DNA of 26,778 nt, taken from Candidatus Moraniibacteriota bacterium. Its GTDB lineage: Bacteria > Patescibacteriota > Minisyncoccia > Moranbacterales > UBA9337. Location: positions 1 through 26,778 of the forward strand of contig JAGYNK010000005.1 in assembly GCA_018400055.1 (NCBI GenBank), in the 5' to 3' direction. The notes under the pieces are model-generated. The model did no database searches. It saw only the letters and a program-made list of their open reading frames with translations, and was not told the origin of the DNA. Of the stretch, positions 17,392 through 23,959 are shown in pieces. The stretch's first letter is position 1; each line of letters begins with the position of its first letter. The position numbers and the translations under genes were made by a program.

Positions 17392-17425
17392 TACTACTCC
17401 CATATATTAATATATGGGAGTAGTA
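17392..17425. repeat. 34-bp perfect palindrome, copy 2; 30-bp core identical to copy 1
   Basis: tactactcccatatattaatatatgggagtagta; core 17394-17423 equals 16811-16840. Confidence 0.95.
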
Positions 17426-17464
17426 GAATTAAAATTAAAATTAAAATTAAAAATAGTAAATTAT

Positions 17465-17878
17465 ATGAAGATTGGCATAATTGGTTCCATGCAGTTTACC
17501 GGAAAAATGCTTGAGGTTAGAGACAAGCTTAAGGAATTGGGACACGATGCTTTTATTACGGATTTGCATAAAGCGATGATCGGCAAGGATGAAAAGGAAA
17601 TAGAAAAAATAAAGCTTTATCAAAAATACAATAAGGATGCCATACGCGAATTCTGGAAAGCCATGCAAGGCGCTGATGCGGTTTTGGTTTTAAATTTGGA
17701 TAAAAATGGAATTAAAAATTATGTCGGTGGCAATACTTTGATGGAAATCGGTTTTGCTCATGTGCTTAATCAGAAAATATTTATGTGGAATCCTATTCCT
17801 GATATGAGTTATTGCGAGACTGAAATAAAAGCGGTAAACCCGATTATTATTAATGGCAATTTTTCTTTAATTAAATAA
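17465..17878 (+). CDS. Hypothetical 137-aa protein, probable nucleoside 2-deoxyribosyltransferase/DNPH1-like fold (start moved to 17465)
   Basis: KIGIIGS N-terminal strand, ADAVLVLN, GGNTLMEIGFA with Glu94, KIF; CDS is well supported but the fold call is tentative. Confidence 0.55.
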   Translation: MKIGIIGSMQFTGKMLEVRDKLKELGHDAFITDLHKAMIGKDEKEIEKIKLYQKYNKDAIREFWKAMQGADAVLVLNLDKNGIKNYVGGNTLMEIGFAHVLNQKIFMWNPIPDMSYCETEIKAVNPIIINGNFSLIK

Positions 17879-17889
17879 AGGATTATTTT

Positions 17890-18306
17890 ATGAAAGAAAA
17901 AAAGAAATATGAAGCATTTAATTATCTCGGACTTGATTGGGGAAAAACCAATATCGGGTTGGCTTTGGCGGACGGAGAAACTAGGATAGCCTTGGCTTAC
18001 GGAACTTTGAAAAATGAAAATAATTTTATGAAAGAATTGGAAAAAATAATCAGGGATAAAAATATTCGGGAGGTGGTTATTGGAATCCCTTCTTATATTA
18101 ATCGTGAAAGAGTGGAGTATGAAGGAGAAACTTTGGGTAAAATTATAGAGGCGAATTTAAATGTAGGTGTCCATTATCAAAATGAAATGTTCACCACTAA
18201 AATGGCACAAGCCAATCTTATTGAAAAAGGCGCGAAGAAAATAAAAAATTACGATGACCAGGAAGCGGCCAGGATAATTCTTCAGGATTGGCTGGATAAA
18301 AGATAA
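17890..18306 (+). CDS. yqgF: YqgF/RuvX-family RNase H-fold nuclease (pre-16S rRNA nuclease/resolvase-like)
   Basis: YLGLDWGKTNIGLALAD, VVIGIP, NEMFTT, DDQEAARIILQDWL. Confidence 0.88.
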   Translation: MKEKKKYEAFNYLGLDWGKTNIGLALADGETRIALAYGTLKNENNFMKELEKIIRDKNIREVVIGIPSYINRERVEYEGETLGKIIEANLNVGVHYQNEMFTTKMAQANLIEKGAKKIKNYDDQEAARIILQDWLDKR

Positions 18307-18311
18307 CTAGC

Positions 18312-18339
18312 AATCAATAATCAATAATCAATAATCAAC
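18312..18339. repeat. Tandem heptamer (aatcaat)x3 plus aatcaac
   Basis: Starts 5 nt after the yqgF stop codon. Confidence 0.85.
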
Positions 18340-18442
18340 CAAGCAATTAGCAATAAGAAGAAAGTGGCAAGCAGAAAGTAGGTAAGAAATAATTAGTGAA
18401 TGATAAAAGTAAAGGAAGTGGCTATTTTTTTGCCTGTTTTTG

Positions 18443-18451
18443 TGTTATACT
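18443..18451 (+). promoter_or_regulatory. Candidate extended -10 promoter for the GT2-galT pair
   Basis: TG-t-TATACT, 38 nt upstream of ATG 18490; no -35 at canonical spacing. Confidence 0.5.
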
Positions 18452-18489
18452 AAGAGTGTGTAATAAATAATTAAACTTAAAACAAACAA

Positions 18490-19257
18490 ATGGAAAACAA
18501 ACCTTATTTATCGGTAATTATTCCGGCTTACAAGGAGGGCGAGAGAATAGGACGCACTTTATTGGATATAGAAAAATATTTAAGCAGGAGAAATTTTGAG
18601 TATGAAGTTTTGGTGGTGGATGACGGTTCGCCTGACGATACTGCTAAAATAGTAAGGAATTATTCCGCCCAAGTGAGAAATTTGCGTTTAGTGGAAAATA
18701 AAGAAAATCACGGGAAGGGTTTTGTGGTGCGACAAGGACTGCTTAAAGCTGAGGGGGAATATCGGCTTTTTATGGACGCGGACGGTTCAACTTCTATAGC
18801 GCATTTGGATAAATTTTTGCCGGAATTTAAAAAAGGTTTTGATTTGGTAATAGGTTCGCGAGATATTGAAGGCGCTTTCATACAAATTCATCAGCCTAAG
18901 CACAAGGAGATGATGGGAGATATGGGCAATTGGGCGATTAGGATCGTTTTGTCTCTTTGGAAGTTTCCCGATACGCAGTGCGGATTTAAAATGATGACGG
19001 CTGAAGCCGCTGAAGAAATTGCCAAGAGGATGGTAGTTGATCGTTTCGGATTTGATTTTGAACTTATTATTTTAGCCAAGAAAATGGGATTTAAAATCAA
19101 GCAACTTCCGGTCAGATGGCTTAACGATGAAGCTTCAACTGTGGGTGGATTAACCGGACCCAACGGTTATATTCAAGTTTTAATTGATTTGTTTAAGACA
19201 AAGTGGAGATTGATTAAAGGAGAATATAAAATAAAAGACATAAGACATAAGACATAA
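18490..19257 (+). CDS. GT2 glycosyltransferase, polyprenyl/dolichyl-phosphate glucosyltransferase-like
   Basis: LSVIIPAYKE, VVDDGSPD, NHGKG, LFMDADGS, DTQCGFK, FGFDFE. Confidence 0.88.
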   Translation: MENKPYLSVIIPAYKEGERIGRTLLDIEKYLSRRNFEYEVLVVDDGSPDDTAKIVRNYSAQVRNLRLVENKENHGKGFVVRQGLLKAEGEYRLFMDADGSTSIAHLDKFLPEFKKGFDLVIGSRDIEGAFIQIHQPKHKEMMGDMGNWAIRIVLSLWKFPDTQCGFKMMTAEAAEEIAKRMVVDRFGFDFELIILAKKMGFKIKQLPVRWLNDEASTVGGLTGPNGYIQVLIDLFKTKWRLIKGEYKIKDIRHKT

Positions 19258-19262
19258 GATGT
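19235..19262. repeat. Tandem heptamer (aagacat)x3 plus aagatgt, overlapping the GT2 stop codon
   Basis: Encodes KDIRHKT*; the TAA at 19255-19257 spans the junction of unit 3 and the fourth, degenerate unit. Confidence 0.85.
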
Positions 19263-19268
19263 AAGGAG

Positions 19269-20339
19269 ATGGAGGTAGAAATAAAAAATAAAACAAAATC
19301 AAGGAAAGAGGAGACCGAAAAAACAAAAAAGAAAGAAAAAAATAATATTTCAGAATTAAGACAAGATTTGGTGACTGGAGACTGGGTGGTAATTGCCGTA
19401 GGAAGAGCCAAGCGGCCGGAGGAATTCGCTCAACTTGAGCGAGCGGAAGCAACGGATAAGGATGACATTGAAAATTGTTTTTTTTGCGAACCGGAAAAAA
19501 CAGGTCAAGAAAAAGACGTTTTGATTTATAAAACATCTCAAAAGGACTGGACTTTGAGAGTTTTTCCCAATAAATATCCCGCTTTTTCCAGAGGTAAAGT
19601 TCCGCAGTCTTTAGAGGAGGGTCCTTATTTTGCGATGACCGGAACAGGTTATCACGAGTTAATCGTGACTCGCGATCATTATAAACATCTGGCTTTAATG
19701 GATGTGGTGGGTGTGGCGGAAGTTTTTGATGCTTTTCAAGACAGATACTTGGCTTTGATGAACAGAAAAAGCGTTAATTTCATAAGTATTTTTCATAATC
19801 ATGGCAAGGAAGCCGGTGCCAGTATCGCCCATCCTCATTCGCAGTTAATGGCTATTCCGGTGATTTCTCCTTACATTAAATTGGAGCTGGACGGTTCCGA
19901 AAGTTATTACAGGAGCAACAAGCAGTGTGTGTTTTGTGTTATGTCTGAATATGAAAGCGAAGCCAAAAAAAGGATAGTTTATGAGAATGACCAGTTTGTG
20001 GCTTTTTGTCCTTTTTCCAGTCGCGCCGCTTTTGAGGTTTGGGTTATGCCCAAAAAGCACAGCCCTTATTTTGAGAGGATTACTCAGGATGAAAAGATGA
20101 AGTTGGCGGAAGTTTTTCAAAAAGCTCTCTATTCAATTTACAAAGCTTTAAATAATCCTTCTTATAATTTTTATATTCATACCGCTCCTTGCGATGGAAA
20201 AGACTATCCTCATTTTCATTGGCACATTGAAATTTTGCCGCGAACGGCTACTTGGGCGGGTTTTGAATTGGAGACCGGTATTGAGATTTCTGTTATACAG
20301 CCCGAAGTCGCGGCGGATTTCTTAAAAAAACAAATATAG
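19269..20339 (+). CDS. galT: Galactose-1-phosphate uridylyltransferase (GalT/HIT family)
   Basis: SELRQDLVTGDWV...RAKRP, CFFC, RVFPNKYPA, NHGKEAGASIAHPHSQL, CVFC, HWHIEILPR, GFELETG. Confidence 0.9.
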   Translation: MEVEIKNKTKSRKEETEKTKKKEKNNISELRQDLVTGDWVVIAVGRAKRPEEFAQLERAEATDKDDIENCFFCEPEKTGQEKDVLIYKTSQKDWTLRVFPNKYPAFSRGKVPQSLEEGPYFAMTGTGYHELIVTRDHYKHLALMDVVGVAEVFDAFQDRYLALMNRKSVNFISIFHNHGKEAGASIAHPHSQLMAIPVISPYIKLELDGSESYYRSNKQCVFCVMSEYESEAKKRIVYENDQFVAFCPFSSRAAFEVWVMPKKHSPYFERITQDEKMKLAEVFQKALYSIYKALNNPSYNFYIHTAPCDGKDYPHFHWHIEILPRTATWAGFELETGIEISVIQPEVAADFLKKQI

Positions 20340-20597
20340 TTTCTGTAAATCGATAATTTTAAGAAATTATGAAACCGTAAATTTTAATTTATCATAATGC
20401 TAAACAAGACTTTGTCTAATAATATAAAGTTGAAAAATATAATTTAATTGAGTTCAGTGCTACACTCATTGGTGAATTTTTCCGCATTATCTGTTTTTTT
20501 ATCGCTTTGCCGACAGTTAAAATTATATGTTTTTTTGGATAGTAAAAGCAAAATAGAGATTGAAAAAATAATTAAAGTCAGATAATTTTTACAAATT

Positions 20598-21101
20598 ATG
20601 CACGATATAATTATTTCATGGTTCCAATATTTTCCCCGAGAGCTGGCAACCTTTTTAATAGCGGCGATTCCGGTGACTGAATTAAGAGCTTCCATACCGC
20701 TTGCTTATGAGGCTTATGAAATGCCGGCTTTTTTTGCTTGGTTTTGGTCTGTGGCCGGAACTTTTTTTACGATGCTGGTAATTGTACTGGCTTTGGACCC
20801 AATCGCCAAATGGTTGTCCGGGTATTCCGAGTGGTTGAAAAATTTTTTCAGCTGGCTTTTTGAACATACCAGAAAAAGGACTAACGGCAAAATGGAAAAA
20901 TACGAGTCCTGGGCGATTTTTATTTTGGCGGCTACTCCCATACCGCTGGTGGGCGGGATGACGGGAGCGTTGGCGGCGTTTGTTTTTGGCATTTCTCTTA
21001 AAAAGTCTGTGCCTCTTTTACTGCTAGGAACCATGTTGTCCGGAGGAATAGTTTTATTTCTAACGGTGGGTTACGAAAAATTAAGATTAATTTTTTCTTA
21101 A
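20598..21101 (+). CDS. COG2426-like small multidrug-export-family membrane protein
   Basis: IPVTELRASIPLA, TPIPLVGGMTGALAAFVFG; several hydrophobic helices. Confidence 0.75.
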   Translation: MHDIIISWFQYFPRELATFLIAAIPVTELRASIPLAYEAYEMPAFFAWFWSVAGTFFTMLVIVLALDPIAKWLSGYSEWLKNFFSWLFEHTRKRTNGKMEKYESWAIFILAATPIPLVGGMTGALAAFVFGISLKKSVPLLLLGTMLSGGIVLFLTVGYEKLRLIFS

Positions 21102-21118
21102 AGCAATTCGATAAAAAT

Positions 21119-21880
21119 ATGAAATGGCTAATCGGAAATTTGAAGATGAATTTGATAAACTCTCAGGAAAGAGAAGATTATTTAAAGTTGTTTAAAAAAG
21201 AAAAAAAAGGTAAGCGACTGAAAAATGTGGAAATTATTTTATGCCCTTCGTTTACGCATTTGGAATCTTTTGCAAATTATTTCAAAGGAGAAGAAATAAA
21301 AATCGGCGCCCAGAACCTGTTTTGGGAAAAAAGCGGTTCTTTTACCGGGGAAGTTTCACCCGAAACGCTTAAAAGTTTAGGAGCTTCGGCGGTTATAGTC
21401 GGACATAGCGAGCGCAGAAAGTATTTTCAAGAAACGGATAAAATGATAAACTTAAAAATAAAGGCGGCAATTAAAACAGGAATTAGCCCAATTTTTTGTG
21501 TGGGAGAAAATGCGAAGGAGAAAGAGGCGGATTTGGCGGCGAAAGTTATAGCCAAACAAGTTATGGCAGGATTGGAGGGCATTCCCCGATCCCAACTTGG
21601 CAACATAATTTTTGCCTATGAGCCTGTCTGGGCAATTGGCACCGGCTTAACTCCTTGTAGCAATGAGATATTAAGTGCTAAGCTTTTGATCAGAAAGATG
21701 CTAGTGAATAAATTCGGTTTAAAGTATGCTCAAGCTCCGAAAATTATTTATGGAGGATCGGTGAATTTCAAGATAGCCGATCAGGTATGCATGGCTTCAG
21801 AAATGGACGGAGCTTTGGTGGGCGGCGAAAGCTTATCTCCTCATAGCTTTTTGAAAATAGCGGAAGTGTTAGATAACTAA
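21119..21880 (+). CDS. tpiA: Triosephosphate isomerase
   Basis: GNLKMN, GSFTGEVS, VGHSERR, AYEPVWAIGTG, YGGSV, DGALVGG. Confidence 0.97.
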   Translation: MKWLIGNLKMNLINSQEREDYLKLFKKEKKGKRLKNVEIILCPSFTHLESFANYFKGEEIKIGAQNLFWEKSGSFTGEVSPETLKSLGASAVIVGHSERRKYFQETDKMINLKIKAAIKTGISPIFCVGENAKEKEADLAAKVIAKQVMAGLEGIPRSQLGNIIFAYEPVWAIGTGLTPCSNEILSAKLLIRKMLVNKFGLKYAQAPKIIYGGSVNFKIADQVCMASEMDGALVGGESLSPHSFLKIAEVLDN

Positions 21881-21888
21881 CAACTAAC
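21875..21888. repeat. Tandem heptamer (aactaac)x2 overlapping the tpiA stop codon
   Basis: Same unit as 22773-22793. Confidence 0.55.
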
Positions 21889-21907
21889 AAATTAAAATTA
21901 ACAAAAT

Positions 21908-22771
21908 ATGATTACTAGCGTAAAGGAAATTTTAAATAAGGCCAAAGAAGGGCATTATGCCGTTGGAGCTTTTAACACGGCTAATCTGGAGGTTACTCAA
22001 GCGATTATAAAAGCGGCCAGCGAAATGCATTCTCCGGTTATTGTGCAAATAACCGAGAAGACTATGAATTATACCGGAGGAAGAGCGATTTTTAATTTAA
22101 TAAAAAATGTTGCCGAATTTTATTATCCGAAAATTCCCGTTGGTATACATCTGGACCATGGAAAAAGTCTGGAGATAATTCAAAGAGTGGCGGATATCGG
22201 ATTTAACTCCGTAATGTATGACGGATCAAGAGACAAATATGACGATAATCTTTCCGCGACTAAGAAAGTGGTTGATTTTTGTAAAAAAAGAAACATAAGC
22301 GTTCAGGCTGAGTTGGGAAGCGTTCCTTATTTTGGAGAAATAGGATTGGAAGACGCGGATTGGGATAAGTATATGACCAATCCCAATCAAGCGGAGGAGT
22401 TTGTTGAGATGACCGGTACGGACGCTCTGGCGGTGGCTATCGGAAATGCCCATGGGTTTGCCAAAGAGCGGGAAACTCCGGATTATGCCAGATTGGAGAT
22501 GATTAACAAAAAATTAAATATACCTTTAATTTTGCACGGAGCTTCCGATTGGGAAAGTGGAAGGGTGGAAGAAGTGATTAAAAGAGGAATTTGTTGTTTC
22601 AATGTTGATACGGCGATTCGCTTGGCTTTTGTCAATAATTTGGCTAATTCGCTAAAGAATAAAGGCGAGATATCTTTTGACATAAGAAAAGTTTTGGGAA
22701 GCGCCAGAGAAGCGGTAGAAAATGCGGTTAAAGAAAAAATAAAATTATTCGGAAGTGATGGAAAGGCGTAG
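21908..22771 (+). CDS. fba: Class II fructose-bisphosphate aldolase
   Basis: YAVGAFN, HLDHG, SVMYDGS, AELG, LAVAIGNAHG, LILHGAS. Confidence 0.93.
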   Translation: MITSVKEILNKAKEGHYAVGAFNTANLEVTQAIIKAASEMHSPVIVQITEKTMNYTGGRAIFNLIKNVAEFYYPKIPVGIHLDHGKSLEIIQRVADIGFNSVMYDGSRDKYDDNLSATKKVVDFCKKRNISVQAELGSVPYFGEIGLEDADWDKYMTNPNQAEEFVEMTGTDALAVAIGNAHGFAKERETPDYARLEMINKKLNIPLILHGASDWESGRVEEVIKRGICCFNVDTAIRLAFVNNLANSLKNKGEISFDIRKVLGSAREAVENAVKEKIKLFGSDGKA

Positions 22772-22772
22772 G

Positions 22773-22807
22773 CAACTAACAACTAACAACTAATAAATAA
22801 CAAATAA
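22773..22807. repeat. Tandem heptamer (caactaa)x3 plus taaataa caaataa
   Basis: Fills the fba-gap junction, from 1 nt after the stop to 4 nt before the ATG. Confidence 0.85.
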
Positions 22808-22811
22808 AAGT

Positions 22812-23813
22812 ATGGTGAAAATAGCTATCAATGGATTTGGAAGAATCGGTCGAGCGGCTTTTAAAATCGCTTTGGAAAAAAATAATCTGGAAGTGGTGGC
22901 CGTTAATGATTTAACGGATTCCGGCACGTTGGCTCATTTGCTTAAATATGATACGGCTTACGGAACATATGAAAAAAATATAGATTCGGCTGAAGGTGAA
23001 ATAACGGTAGAAAATAAGAAGTTTTCCATTTACGCTGAAGCCGAACCCGGAAAACTTCCCTGGGGTGATTTAGGTGTGGATGTTGTTTTGGAATGCACCG
23101 GACGTTTTGTGAAAGACGGAGCTGCCAGGGCTCATATTGAAGCCGGTGCTAAAAAAGTGATTATTTCCGCTCCGGCTAAAGGGGAAGGAAATATACCCAC
23201 TTTTTTGTTGGGAGTCAATGAGGATAAATATTCCGGGGAGGAAGTTATTTCCAACGCCTCTTGCACTACTAATTGCGTTGCGCCGATAACGCAAGTTATA
23301 GATACTCGTTTCGGTATTGAAAAAGCGCTTATGACAACGGTTCATTCTTACACGGCTGACCAGAATTTGCAGGACGGTCCGCATAAGGATTTAAGGCGAG
23401 CAAGGGCGGCGTCGCAAAATATAGTGCCGACTACGACAGGAGCGGCGATTTCAACAGCTAAGGTTATCCCAAATTTAGATAATCTTTTTGACGGCATGGC
23501 GATTCGTGTTCCTACAGTCGTGGTTTCTTTGTCGGATCTTACTTTTCTTTTGAAGAAGGAAGTTTCCGCCGATGAAATAAACAATGTTTTAATTGAAGCA
23601 TCTCGGGAGGAAAAAATGAAAAATATAATAAAGACTATTCAGGAGCCTCTTGTTTCCTCGGATATCATCGGAAGCTTGCATTCCAGCGTGGTGGATTTGT
23701 CTTTTACTAAAGTTATAGGAGGAAATTTAGTCAAAATAATAGCGTGGTATGATAATGAATGGGGTTATGCCAATCGTTTAGTGGAGTTGGCAGAGCATGT
23801 CAGTCAGAAATAG
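22812..23813 (+). CDS. gap: Type I glyceraldehyde-3-phosphate dehydrogenase
   Basis: INGFGRIGR, SNASCTTNC, DLRRARAA, WYDNEWGY. Confidence 0.99.
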   Translation: MVKIAINGFGRIGRAAFKIALEKNNLEVVAVNDLTDSGTLAHLLKYDTAYGTYEKNIDSAEGEITVENKKFSIYAEAEPGKLPWGDLGVDVVLECTGRFVKDGAARAHIEAGAKKVIISAPAKGEGNIPTFLLGVNEDKYSGEEVISNASCTTNCVAPITQVIDTRFGIEKALMTTVHSYTADQNLQDGPHKDLRRARAASQNIVPTTTGAAISTAKVIPNLDNLFDGMAIRVPTVVVSLSDLTFLLKKEVSADEINNVLIEASREEKMKNIIKTIQEPLVSSDIIGSLHSSVVDLSFTKVIGGNLVKIIAWYDNEWGYANRLVELAEHVSQK

Positions 23814-23845
23814 TTTTTAGAGGTTGGTATCGTGAAGGCAATATG

Positions 23846-23951
23846 TAATTTTTTAATTTTTAATTTTATAAATTCCCAAATAATTTTTTAGTTTGAATTT
23901 CTTGAGAATTTAGAATTAAAGTTTATTTAGAAAATTAAAAATTAAGAATTA
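23846..23951. repeat. A/T-rich heptamer-array hairpin (ttaattt/aaattaa)
   Basis: taattttttaatttttaattttataaat (23846-23873) versus atttagaaaattaaaaattaagaatta (23925-23951): 2 mismatches and a 1-nt indel. Confidence 0.6.
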
Positions 23952-23959
23952 TAAAGATA

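Noticed and set aside
16810-17425. Palindrome pair as a CRISPR array, IS terminal repeats or a protelomerase target
   Set aside because: Only two copies, separated by a whole gene rather than a 30-40 bp spacer; no cas, transposase, integrase or telomere resolvase gene in the window
17414-17464. ORF-track start at 17414 (MGVVELKLKLKLK)
   Set aside because: The ATG is inside palindrome 2 and the LKLKLK run is the (aattaa)x4 repeat at 17427-17450; 17465 is the better start
20340-20597. 258-bp galT-COG2426 spacer as an sRNA or small-gene site
   Set aside because: Only very short ORFs, weak 5-bp stems and a poor promoter match (TTGAAA-17-TAATTT); nothing supportable
21119-22771. Deviant motifs in TpiA (GNLKMN, VGGESL) and Fba (CCFNVDT) as loss of function
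   Set aside because: The catalytic Lys/His/Glu of TpiA and the HLDH, GNAHG and LHG ligands of Fba are all present
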